A DNA stretch of 64,000 bases from Candidatus Latescibacterota bacterium. GTDB lineage: Bacteria; Latescibacterota; UBA2968; UBA8231. The stretch is from NCBI GenBank assembly GCA_965208105.1, contig OZ242318.1, positions 1,152,001 through 1,216,000 of the forward strand, in the 5' to 3' direction. Each line of letters starts with the position of its first letter. Position 1 is the stretch's first letter. The notes beneath the pieces are model-generated. The model ran no database searches, was not told the DNA's origin, and saw nothing but the letters and a program-made list of their open reading frames with translations. Below are positions 39,943 to 49,161 of the stretch, piece after piece. Made by a program: the position numbers and the translations under genes.

Positions 39943-40226
39943 ATATTCGTGAATGATCCGCGAAAAATTGGTTCTATTCACTATTTTTTGGTAAATATAA
40001 ATGAAGACGATGAGGAGAGAGAACAGAGCTGGTAGGTAGATCGGCGGCTTCCTGTGCAGCCCCCTTTCCCCCGCAACCCATCTTGATCGGCGCTGTGCCC
40101 GGCCTTATTTTAGGGCCTTCGCCCGCTGCGTCAACCGGCCCCTGCGGACCTGGATTCACCCCAGCCGCAGCCGCGGGCAATCCATCCCGTTTACTCGCAA
40201 TTCCCACCACCGAACGGAGGAAATCC

Positions 40227-41477
40227 TTGGCGACCATCAAACCCCACACCGTGGCCATCGTCGGCGCCGGCATCGCCGGTCTCAGCTCCGCCTTCCACAT
40301 CCGGGAGAAAGGGGTGGAGCGCGTGGTCCTGCTGGACAAGGGCAAGGTGGGCAGCGGCTCCAGCAGCAAATCCGGAGCGGTGAACACCATGCTCATGCCC
40401 ACCGAAACCGGCACCCGGGCGCGCGCCATAACCATGGACATCTTCGAGCGCTTCAGCAGGATCCTCGACGGCTACTCCTTTCACCAGGTGGGCTGCATGT
40501 ACATCCAGAACGAGGAGCAGTACCGCAATGGAGAGCGCGAGCAGGAGATGCACCGGCGCGCCGGCGCCAGGTTCGAGGTCCTGCGCCGCGCCGAAGCGGA
40601 GAAGCGCTTTCCGGCATTGCGCATAAGGGACGACGAGTACTGCATCCTCGATCTGCGCGGGGGATGGAACGAGCCCGACACCTACATCGCCGCCCTGTCG
40701 GCCAGGGTGCGGGAGATGGGGGTGGAGGTGCGCGAGGACGACCCGGTGGAGGAGTTCGTCGTCGAGGACGGGAAGGTGAGCGGAGTGCGCAGCCGCGAGG
40801 GCGGGGAGTTGCGCGCCGACGCCGTGGTGTGCACCATGAACGCCTGGGCAAACTCCCTGCTGGCCGCGGTGGACCAGCGCGTCCCGGCCCACAACTACGT
40901 GCACGAGCGCTTCGTCACCCCGCCCTTCGCCGAGCCGCCCCGGGTCCCGGCCACCAACGACAACGCCCTCCACGTCTACTACCGGCCCACCGAGGACAAC
41001 CGCCTGCTCTTCGGGACCGGGGAATCCCACGAGCCGGTGCGCATCACCTCCCCGGGCATCGACTTCGACTACTCCCGCCTCGAGCTCCACCCCGCGCCCG
41101 GACCCTTCATCAAGGAGGCCATCCGCTCCCGCCTGCCGCAGATGGAGGGAGTGGACCTGGTGGACCACCGCGTCGGCCTGGTGAGCATGACGGTGGACAC
41201 CATGCCCACCATCGGGCCCGTGGCCGCCCTCCCCGGGCTCTTCCTCGCCTGCAACTTCAACTCCGGCGGCTTCGGCTACCACGCCGTCGCCGGCCTGCTG
41301 ATGTCGGAGTTCATCGTCGACGGACAGACCCGCATCGACGTGGCCGAATTTTCGCCGGACCGCTACAAGAGGGTGGATGTGGACGCATTCCTGGCCGCCG
41401 ACCTCAAGTACAAGGACGCCTGGGTCCAGTCCCCTGCCAACGAGGAGGGCCGGGACCCCGTCATCCGCCGCCATTGA
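40227..41477 (+). CDS. FAD-dependent oxidoreductase (DAO/sarcosine oxidase beta-like)
   Basis: IVGAGIAGLS, GSSSKSGA, TVDTMPTIG, GFG, FSPDRY; TTG start after GGAGG. Confidence 0.85.
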   Translation: MATIKPHTVAIVGAGIAGLSSAFHIREKGVERVVLLDKGKVGSGSSSKSGAVNTMLMPTETGTRARAITMDIFERFSRILDGYSFHQVGCMYIQNEEQYRNGEREQEMHRRAGARFEVLRRAEAEKRFPALRIRDDEYCILDLRGGWNEPDTYIAALSARVREMGVEVREDDPVEEFVVEDGKVSGVRSREGGELRADAVVCTMNAWANSLLAAVDQRVPAHNYVHERFVTPPFAEPPRVPATNDNALHVYYRPTEDNRLLFGTGESHEPVRITSPGIDFDYSRLELHPAPGPFIKEAIRSRLPQMEGVDLVDHRVGLVSMTVDTMPTIGPVAALPGLFLACNFNSGGFGYHAVAGLLMSEFIVDGQTRIDVAEFSPDRYKRVDVDAFLAADLKYKDAWVQSPANEEGRDPVIRRH

Positions 41478-41501
41478 TGCGCTGCCGCGGCGGGGCTGCC
41501 T

Positions 41502-42986
41502 TCAGGAGTCCTCTCCGGCAAACCAGAAGGCGTAGAGCTCGGCCTGGCGCATGGAGAAGCGGATGCGCACGGTGCGCCCGCGCAGGGCGCCCAGGTCGCC
41601 CGCGCCCTTCCAGCGCACCGCCGCGTCGACCCGGTCCGCCTCCAGCGGGACACTTTCCTCCAGGCTGAAGCCCGGCAGCGGCCTGTCCTCCTCCGGGTCG
41701 ACGATCTCGGTCCTGACCTGGCCGCGCCACGAGTCGGCGTTGATGCGCAGCTCGCTCCCGGTGATTTCCACGGCTCTGGTCAGCAGCGAGCCCGGCTCCG
41801 CCCCGCCCTTGAGGGAGACGAAGCCGTCCAGGCGCAGCCGCGCCATGCAGATGGCCCCCTGGTCGAGGCCGGCGTGGTTCTGCTCCTCGGCCGGGGTGGC
41901 GCTGCGCGACCTGATCCCCGAGTAGTAGAACAACAACTGGTCACCCCGAACCAGGGGACCGTTGCTGGTGACGATCTGGCCGGTGTCGTAGACTCCCCCG
42001 TCCTCCAGGCCGGACAGCTCGAGGAAGGGGGCGCGGTTGGCGACCCGCTCCCAGTTGCGCAGGTCCCGGCTCGAGGTCAGCTCCACCGACTTGCGGCTGT
42101 CCACGTTCTCGTACAGGGGGGCGTGCTTGCCGGACCAGTGCTGCAGCACGGGCAATCCCAGGTAGATACCCTCGTAGGGAAACACGGGAAAGTTGTAGAC
42201 GTCGGTGCGCCATTCCTCGGGGCGGTTGTAGACCGGGGTGAGGTAGGCCGAGTCCTCGAAAAAGCGGCGCAGGCGGCGGTGCCCGTTCTCCTGGTCCACC
42301 TGGTCGGCGTGGAACACCAGCTCCTGCTCGCTCCAGTTGCGGAAGTCCTCGCTGGTGGTGAGGTACCAGGAGCGCCCGTAGGGCCCGCGGTGCTTGACCG
42401 TGGCGATGAAAAGCCCCTTCTCGGCGTCGAGGGTGAAGTGGGACTGGTCGGCGCTGGAACTGGGCGGATATCCCAGGTCCTCCCAGTGCACGTGGTCGGC
42501 GGAAGCCACCGGGTGCAGGGCGCGGTCGCGGTAGACCATGCCCTTGAACCTGCGCCCGGGGTCCTCCTCGTTGGGATCGAGCACCGCAAAGAGGGATGGG
42601 CATGGGTAGATGACGTTGTTCCTGGTGCCGATGCGCTTGCCGTCCCAGGTGAGGCCGGGGTAGTCGTGCATGCCCATCTCCGGCTTGTCCCAGTGGATGC
42701 CGTCATTCGAGGTGGCGTAGCACATCAGGGCGGTCTTGGGCATGGCCCCGGTGCGGTCCACCACCAGCTCCGGGTCCAGGGCCTCCCCCTTGCCGCAGTA
42801 GGCCATCTTGTAGCATCCCGCTTCCCCGTCCCACACCGGGGTGTTGCGCAGCTGGCAGGTCTGGTTCTCCCAGCGGTTCTCCGGGCGCACCACCGCGTAT
42901 CCGGCGAACTTCTCCGGCTGGTGCAGCTTGCGCGCCAGGTTGTCCAGGCGCTCCAGGTGAAAATCATCGATGAACAGGTATTTCAT
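41502..42986 (-). CDS. uncharacterised beta-propeller glycoside-hydrolase-like protein (paralog 2)
   Basis: LFIDD, SNDGIHWDKP, SEDFRNW, YEGIYLG, SRDLRNW, LRLDGFVSL, LYAFW. Confidence 0.7.
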   Translation of the reverse strand: MKYLFIDDFHLERLDNLARKLHQPEKFAGYAVVRPENRWENQTCQLRNTPVWDGEAGCYKMAYCGKGEALDPELVVDRTGAMPKTALMCYATSNDGIHWDKPEMGMHDYPGLTWDGKRIGTRNNVIYPCPSLFAVLDPNEEDPGRRFKGMVYRDRALHPVASADHVHWEDLGYPPSSSADQSHFTLDAEKGLFIATVKHRGPYGRSWYLTTSEDFRNWSEQELVFHADQVDQENGHRRLRRFFEDSAYLTPVYNRPEEWRTDVYNFPVFPYEGIYLGLPVLQHWSGKHAPLYENVDSRKSVELTSSRDLRNWERVANRAPFLELSGLEDGGVYDTGQIVTSNGPLVRGDQLLFYYSGIRSRSATPAEEQNHAGLDQGAICMARLRLDGFVSLKGGAEPGSLLTRAVEITGSELRINADSWRGQVRTEIVDPEEDRPLPGFSLEESVPLEADRVDAAVRWKGAGDLGALRGRTVRIRFSMRQAELYAFWFAGEDS

Positions 42987-43141
42987 CCGCCCTTCCTTGT
43001 CGAAAGTGTCCATGCAGCCGACCGCGGCCGCCTCATAGAATACCCCATTTTTTATTTTGCGCTATATTAACAGCCCGCCGGCGGGGAATGGCTGACAGCA
43101 GCCCCGCCGTCGTTTCATTCATCCTCAATAAGGGAGGGAAC

Positions 43142-44035
43142 ATGAATTTCCAGCACCTGGAGCCCGGCGACGATAGCGCCACCATCCTCGTCGAGGGCCT
43201 CGAGCGCGACCTCCGACTCCTCCACCTCACCGACAGCCACATGGCCGAGGGCGACGCGCGCGACCCCGACGCCGCCGATCACGTGGAGCGCTACGGCGGG
43301 CTCTTCGGCGAGCTGACCCCCGGGGGAGCTCTGCCTCGGGAAGTCTTCCAGGCCATCCTGCGGGAGGCCGGCCGCCGGCAGGTCGACGCCGCCCTTCTGA
43401 CCGGCGACATCATCCACTTTCCCGCCTTCGCCGGAATCGAGGTCATCGAGGGGTCCATGGCCGATCTTGGCGTTCCCTTTCTCTACACCCTTGGCAACCA
43501 CGACTGGTACTTCCCCCATCTCGAGTGGACCGAGGCGACGCGGCGGGAGTACTATCCGCGCTTCCACGGGCTCACCGGAGGCAACCCCGCCTGCCAGGCC
43601 CTGGAAGTGGGTGGAGTCCGTATGGTCGCCCTGGACAACAGCAACTACCAGGTCGATGCCGGACAGGTTGACTTCCTGCGGCGGCAGCTCGAAAAGGGAC
43701 AGCCCACCCTTCTCTTCGTCCACATCCCGCTGGAGGAGGAGACCCTGTTCCAGCCAGTAATGGAGAAGTGGAAGGCGCCCATCATGATGGGGGCCGAGGA
43801 GGGATGGACTCCGGAGTCCCGGGAGAAATGGAATGTGGAAGGCAACGAGGCCAGCACCATGGAGTGCATGGAGCTGCTCAGGGGGGACCTCGGAGCCCAC
43901 CTTGCCGGCATCTTCTGCGGCCACGTCCACTTCTCCCACGCCGGGGCTTTCCGCAGGGACTGCCTGCAGTACGTGACCAACCCGGGGTTCGCCGGCCGTT
44001 ACCGCATCATCGAGCTCAAGAGGCTGCCTGGTTGA
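43142..44035 (+). CDS. calcineurin-like metallophosphoesterase
   Basis: TDSH, TGD, GNHD, HIP, CGHVH. Confidence 0.9.
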   Translation: MNFQHLEPGDDSATILVEGLERDLRLLHLTDSHMAEGDARDPDAADHVERYGGLFGELTPGGALPREVFQAILREAGRRQVDAALLTGDIIHFPAFAGIEVIEGSMADLGVPFLYTLGNHDWYFPHLEWTEATRREYYPRFHGLTGGNPACQALEVGGVRMVALDNSNYQVDAGQVDFLRRQLEKGQPTLLFVHIPLEEETLFQPVMEKWKAPIMMGAEEGWTPESREKWNVEGNEASTMECMELLRGDLGAHLAGIFCGHVHFSHAGAFRRDCLQYVTNPGFAGRYRIIELKRLPG

Positions 44036-44059
44036 CCCGCGGCCGCCAATGACCGAATC

Positions 44060-46990
44060 CTAGTAGAGACGCCCGTACTCGGTGAAGCCGATCAGGGTGC
44101 GCACGAAGAACGACCAGCTGTGGAACTCGTCGGCCTGCCGGAAGGGGTTGTCGAAATCCTTGCGGTTGCGCATGAGGCCGACGATGGTGAAGAGGTTGTA
44201 GCCGAAATAGCGCGAGCGGTTGGTCAGGCTGACGAAGGCGGTGCGCTGCTCGAAGCTGAGGCGCCGGCGGGCGCTGTCCTCGAGGCGGTAGGGCAAGGGC
44301 CCCATGCCCTGCAGCCCCATTCTCAGGTCAACCCGATCCATCAGGGGATACTCCAGGCGCAGGATGGGGATGGAGCGCCACTCGGAGCGCGTGGCGGTTG
44401 CGGCCTCCTGATCCAGCAGGCGCAGGAGCATGAACTTGTACTGCGGCGTCAGGCTCAGCCTGCCCAGGCTCCAGGTATACTGCGCCCGGCTGGACACGGT
44501 CCAGTAGTCCAGGCGGCGCCGGCGCTGGAAGATGCCCGGGCCCACCTCGCCGCCCTGCTGCCAGTTGAGCAGCAGGCGCACCTTCTGCACCAGGTGGAGG
44601 GATGACCAGGGGTTGAGGCTCCCCTCCAGGTAGGTCTCGTTGACCCAACTGTCGCGGTAGAGCAGAAGGTCCTCCCTCCTCTCCTTGTTGAAGAAGGAAA
44701 ACACGTTTATCTCCAGGCCCCCGTCCCCGGCTTTCACGCGGCCGCGGTTCGGCCTTTCCACCAGCGCCAGATACTCGTCGGCTATATCGTCCTGCACGCG
44801 GCGCAGGTGGTTCTCGAGGAAGAGACGCCGCAGCCGCCGCACACCCTCGCGTCTATAGCTCAGGATGGCATAGGTGGACCTGTTGCGCCCGGCGCCGGCA
44901 ACCTGGCCAACGGCGTAGCGTCCGGCGACCGCGGTCCAGCCCCGGGTCAGGTCCACCTGCCCGAACAGGTGCCCGCCGCGCTGGTCGGGGTCGTAGGGGA
45001 GGTCCGCATCCCAGTCGTCCTCGCGCTGGTCGGGCTCGCCGTTGTTGTTGCGGTCGAGGCCGTAGGTGTAGTCGTTGGGCTCCACGTCGAACATCAGGAA
45101 CGGCTCTTCGTAGTCGGGCAGGCTGTTGAAGTTGCGGTTGGTGTCGGGCCAGCCGTCGTTGTCCTCGTCCTGGCCCGGAAAGACCCCGGTGGGGTCCACC
45201 GAAACCGCATCCCTGCCGGCGCCGAGGATATGGCCAAGGGGCGCGTCGGGGTAGCGGTCGGCGTCCTCGTTGTCCTGCACCAGGCGCCAGTAGAGGGTGG
45301 CGTTGGTCAGGCCGGCCAGGTCGCCGTAATCGTACGTCAGCTCAGGTTTGAGATAGGTGCGCAGCTCGGTGCTGTAGTTCGGCTGCATGGAGAAGAACTC
45401 CGCGCCCACGCGCCCGCGCCCGAACCAGCGCAGGGCCTGCAGATAGAAGGCGTCGCCGCGGGCGGCGAACCGGGGCCCCTGCCCGAAGCGGCGCTCCCCT
45501 TCCTGGTGCGCCGGGTAGCGCGCGTAGACCGCCGAGCGCGCGTACTCGCCGTTGATCTCCAGGCCGGCGAGGCTGAAGTTGGCATCCGCGCCGTAGACGA
45601 AGAGAGCAGTGTTCTCCCCTACGTGGAAGCGTACCCGTTCCAGATTCGACAGGTCCCGGACATTGCCGGGGGCGCGCCGCACCGTGTGGTAATAGGTGCT
45701 GGTGAACTGGGAAGCAAAGTTGCGGCCGGTTGCATTCTTCTCCCACTGGACAGCCACGTCGATGCGGTAGTCGCTTCCGATCAGCGTCTCCACCTCCACC
45801 GAGCGCACCGCCGGTTCCTGCCTCAAGTCGAACATGTAGATCAGCACTTCATCGCCGTCGGCGCGGTGGACGGACCCCGGCGGTTCCACCACGTAGTTGG
45901 CCAGCAAGCCCTCCAGGTTGGTGGACGCGCTCACGTCCTGTCCGCTTTCGTGGGCCATCCGGTAGAGGTAGTCCGCATAGTGGGGAACTTCCCTGCCGCG
46001 GTAGTAGACGCCGCCGCCGAACGAGTAATATCCTATGGACGAGGGCCGGGTGTAGATGACGGGACGGAACTCGCCGGTGTTCCGGGAGACCGAGCCCACC
46101 TGGGTCGGCACGCCGCTGCGGTGGCGGATCACCTGGGGCGGGAGATCGGGCCTGGCCTCGCCGTCGAGGACGAGGCTGAGCTCCTGCACCACGGCGCCGT
46201 GGCCGTCGGCGGGCGAGTCGTCGGCGACGCGCACCATGATGAACTCGATGAGGGGATGGTCGGGCCGCACTCTCCCCTTGAGGCTGTTGCCCGGCCGGGT
46301 GCTCTGGTAGACGTGCAGGTTGACCCCGTTGAGGCCCAGCCGCAGGGCGCCGATGCGGGTCTGGGCGCGGCCCCCCAGAAGCAGGGTGTTGCTGTCGGAC
46401 ACGAAGGTGCCCTCGATGTTCCAGGGGGCGGAAATGCTGGTGGGGTTGGCGGGCTGGCGCTCCAGGCGCGAGGCCAGGGCCGTGATCTCGAGGCCCGGCG
46501 TGGCCAGATCCAGGCGCAGTCCGTTGAAGTCCACCTTCGACAGGGTGAGAGGGGTGAAGCGCGCGATCAGCCCGTCTCCCACGATTGCGCTCACGCCGCG
46601 GTCGCCCCAACTGTCGCGCGCCACCATCACGTGGTCGAACAGCGGGCGGAAGGCATTCAGGTCCTTGAACATGCGGCTGCCGAACTGCTGCCCCGGCAAA
46701 CGGGTCTCCGACCAGGTGTAGACCTCGTAGCCGGTGATGAGGTAGCTGCCCATGGAGCCGAAATAGGCCTGCGGCCGGCCCGCGAAGGGAAAGGAGTGGT
46801 CCGGCGGGTTGGTGAAGTTCCGCAAGGCATAGTTGCGATAGCCCGGTGGGTTGCGCTGCAGGAATGGCGAGGGCTCCACCACCTCGGGGACCTTGAGCTG
46901 GGCCTGACCCCTTTGCACCTGCGCCAACCCCCACCCCGGCGCGAGAGTCAGCAACAGGCTCCCGTACAGAAGAAATCTCAATGGTCTCAT
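44060..46990 (-). CDS. large secreted/outer-membrane protein with Dx[DN]xDG-like loops (paralog A)
   Basis: Signal peptide; QDNEDADRYPD, DEDNDGWPD, LDRNNNGEPD; beta-strand-like C-terminus; clear similarity to 58116-61079. Confidence 0.75.
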   Translation of the reverse strand: MRPLRFLLYGSLLLTLAPGWGLAQVQRGQAQLKVPEVVEPSPFLQRNPPGYRNYALRNFTNPPDHSFPFAGRPQAYFGSMGSYLITGYEVYTWSETRLPGQQFGSRMFKDLNAFRPLFDHVMVARDSWGDRGVSAIVGDGLIARFTPLTLSKVDFNGLRLDLATPGLEITALASRLERQPANPTSISAPWNIEGTFVSDSNTLLLGGRAQTRIGALRLGLNGVNLHVYQSTRPGNSLKGRVRPDHPLIEFIMVRVADDSPADGHGAVVQELSLVLDGEARPDLPPQVIRHRSGVPTQVGSVSRNTGEFRPVIYTRPSSIGYYSFGGGVYYRGREVPHYADYLYRMAHESGQDVSASTNLEGLLANYVVEPPGSVHRADGDEVLIYMFDLRQEPAVRSVEVETLIGSDYRIDVAVQWEKNATGRNFASQFTSTYYHTVRRAPGNVRDLSNLERVRFHVGENTALFVYGADANFSLAGLEINGEYARSAVYARYPAHQEGERRFGQGPRFAARGDAFYLQALRWFGRGRVGAEFFSMQPNYSTELRTYLKPELTYDYGDLAGLTNATLYWRLVQDNEDADRYPDAPLGHILGAGRDAVSVDPTGVFPGQDEDNDGWPDTNRNFNSLPDYEEPFLMFDVEPNDYTYGLDRNNNGEPDQREDDWDADLPYDPDQRGGHLFGQVDLTRGWTAVAGRYAVGQVAGAGRNRSTYAILSYRREGVRRLRRLFLENHLRRVQDDIADEYLALVERPNRGRVKAGDGGLEINVFSFFNKERREDLLLYRDSWVNETYLEGSLNPWSSLHLVQKVRLLLNWQQGGEVGPGIFQRRRRLDYWTVSSRAQYTWSLGRLSLTPQYKFMLLRLLDQEAATATRSEWRSIPILRLEYPLMDRVDLRMGLQGMGPLPYRLEDSARRRLSFEQRTAFVSLTNRSRYFGYNLFTIVGLMRNRKDFDNPFRQADEFHSWSFFVRTLIGFTEYGRLY

Positions 46991-47078
46991 GGACCTGTCC
47001 TTCCCCGCCATCGATGCAGTCCCTCCGGCCCGCCCGGGTCGGTTCCCGGACCTGACGGCCCTCCTCGCCGGTGCGGAC

Positions 47079-48071
47079 TCAATGGCCGGCGCATTTGCGG
47101 CCTCCATCAGGGACCAGGGCCGGAGCCTCCCGCGCCGCGCCGTAGTCGCGCACCTCCAGGGGCGGGTGCCCCATGGGCCCGAAGCTGTCGAACTCGGCGC
47201 ACTGATCCGCCCCAGGGACGAATTCGACCTCGATTTCGGTGGAGCTCACCGTGCAACGCTGGAAGCCGAAGCGGGTATCGGCCTCGGTCCAGCGTTCGGC
47301 CAGCTGGGCGGTGTTGCCGGCGGGCTGGGTGCGGTAGAGGCGGATGCCGTCCACTACCTGGACCGGGCGCCCGGTGTGGACGTGGCCGCAGAACAGGATG
47401 TCCACCCCCGCCTCCTGCAGCAGGCCCCAGAGGCGCTGGCGGTGGGGCGGGTCGATGCTGAAGTACCAGTTGTCGTACTGGTCCGCGGCGGTGAGATCCC
47501 AGGCGGGCTCGTGCGGCTCCTCCATGAAGGGCCAGTAGTGCATCACGGCCACGTGATGGCGGGCGGGCGGCAGCCGGGGCAGGCGCTCGAGCAGGCGCCA
47601 GAGCCTTTCTTCGTGGGGCAGGCCCGACCCGGTCACGGCGGCGAAGAAGCCGGTGAAGCGCACCTGGCGGTAGAGGAAGGACCAGTGGACGGGACCGAAG
47701 TAGGAAGAGAAGAGGTCCAGCCGCTGCCCGGTCACGTTGAGGTCCGGATCGTACCATCCCAGCCCCTGCTCGTCCCACTTGCGCTTGAGACCCTGACACG
47801 GGGCGTGCTTGTTGCCCACGTCCATGTTGCCGGGAATGACGAAGGCGGGAAAGGGCAGGGAGTCCAGGTCCTCGCGCGCCTGCAGGTACTCGAACTCGTG
47901 GGTCTCGCCGTCGCGGGTCAGGTCGCCGCCGTGGAGGAGGAACTCGGCCCCGCTCGCCGCCATCTGTTCCTTGATGGCCGCCCAGCGCCGGTTGACCGCG
48001 GGGCGGAAGCGGTAGGAGCGCGGCGTGCCCATGTGGCTGTCGTTGACGTGCAGGAAGGTCCAGGTTTCCAT
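47079..48071 (-). CDS. calcineurin-like metallophosphoesterase
   Basis: NDSH, GGD, GNMD, MHY, CGHVH. Confidence 0.85.
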   Translation of the reverse strand: METWTFLHVNDSHMGTPRSYRFRPAVNRRWAAIKEQMAASGAEFLLHGGDLTRDGETHEFEYLQAREDLDSLPFPAFVIPGNMDVGNKHAPCQGLKRKWDEQGLGWYDPDLNVTGQRLDLFSSYFGPVHWSFLYRQVRFTGFFAAVTGSGLPHEERLWRLLERLPRLPPARHHVAVMHYWPFMEEPHEPAWDLTAADQYDNWYFSIDPPHRQRLWGLLQEAGVDILFCGHVHTGRPVQVVDGIRLYRTQPAGNTAQLAERWTEADTRFGFQRCTVSSTEIEVEFVPGADQCAEFDSFGPMGHPPLEVRDYGAAREAPALVPDGGRKCAGH

Positions 48072-48077
48072 CCCCGA

Positions 48078-49160
48078 TTACTCCGAACTCGCCGCCGCCG
48101 GCAATCCCAGCTCGCGGCGCACCGTGCGCGCGGCCTGCACCAGCGAGCTGATCTTGGCGAAGGCCACCGGACGGGGCACGAACCACATGCCGCAGTCGGG
48201 GGCCAGGTGCAGGCGCTCCGGCCCCAGGACCTGCAAGGCCGCGCGGATGCGGTCCGCTATGTGGGAGGGCGATTCCACCTCCTCGGTGCCCAGGTCCAGC
48301 AACCCCAGAACCACGCCCTTGTCGCCGCAGTGGGCGAGCAGCTCCGGGCCATGTCCCGGCTGTTCGTACTCGATGCTGATCCGCTCGGTGCTCGAGGCGG
48401 CGATGGCCTCCAGGACCTCGGCGTAGTTGGGATCGGCGCGCTTGTCCCCGATGGTGGCGTAGCCGTAACAGACGTGGACCACCCTGGTAGCCCTGATCCC
48501 GTCGAAGGCCAGGTCCAGGGCCCTGCCGCCCCATTGCACCGCCATGTCGCGGCGGAAGTGGAAGTCGGGCTCGTCGAGCTGAACCACGTCCACCCCGGCC
48601 TCGTCCAGGGCGCGCAGCTCCCGGTTGATCGCCGCCGCCGCGGCCATGCCCAGGGCCTCCGGGTCGCGGTAGTGCTCGTCGGCCAGGCGCGCCGCCATGG
48701 TCAGCGGACCGATGACGGTCATCTTGGTGGGACGGCGGGTGTGGCGTTTGAGGAAGCCGAGGTCGTCCACCGTAATGGGGCCGGGCCAGGTGATCTCCCC
48801 CACCGCGCGCGGGGTCACCGCCGTCTGCAGGCGGGCTTCCACCTCGGGGTCCAGATCGACGAAGCTCATGTCGCGCTCGCTCATGGACCAGGGTCCCAGC
48901 TTCTCCCCGTCGATGCCGCCCATGTCGAAAAAGTAGGTGTCGAAGCGCTGCCGCCGCTGCTCGCCGTCGGTGATCAGGTCGAGCCCGGCGCGCTCCTGGT
49001 CGGCGATGGCCGCGATGGTCGCGTCGTCCTGGGCCTCGGCCAGGACCTCGGGGTCGGGGCGCCAGAAGCTGGAGCTGGGCGAGGTCACCCGCCGGTGCCT
49101 GATGAGCCAGTCGGGCTTGCTGTAGCTGCCCACCAGCTGGGTGCTCAGGAGCCCTGGCAT
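48078..49160 (-). CDS. cobalamin-independent methionine synthase II family protein (core domain only)
   Basis: VGSYSKP, ITDGEQRR, QLDEP, HVCYG, PDCG. Confidence 0.85.
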   Translation of the reverse strand: MPGLLSTQLVGSYSKPDWLIRHRRVTSPSSSFWRPDPEVLAEAQDDATIAAIADQERAGLDLITDGEQRRQRFDTYFFDMGGIDGEKLGPWSMSERDMSFVDLDPEVEARLQTAVTPRAVGEITWPGPITVDDLGFLKRHTRRPTKMTVIGPLTMAARLADEHYRDPEALGMAAAAAINRELRALDEAGVDVVQLDEPDFHFRRDMAVQWGGRALDLAFDGIRATRVVHVCYGYATIGDKRADPNYAEVLEAIAASSTERISIEYEQPGHGPELLAHCGDKGVVLGLLDLGTEEVESPSHIADRIRAALQVLGPERLHLAPDCGMWFVPRPVAFAKISSLVQAARTVRRELGLPAAASSE

Positions 49161-49161
49161 C

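Noticed and set aside
44807-47461. 884-aa plus-strand ORF, and similar long ORFs at 32869-35349, 46989-49205, 58995-61130, 15131-17221
   Set aside because: Antisense shadows of well-supported genes, expected at this GC content; no motifs.
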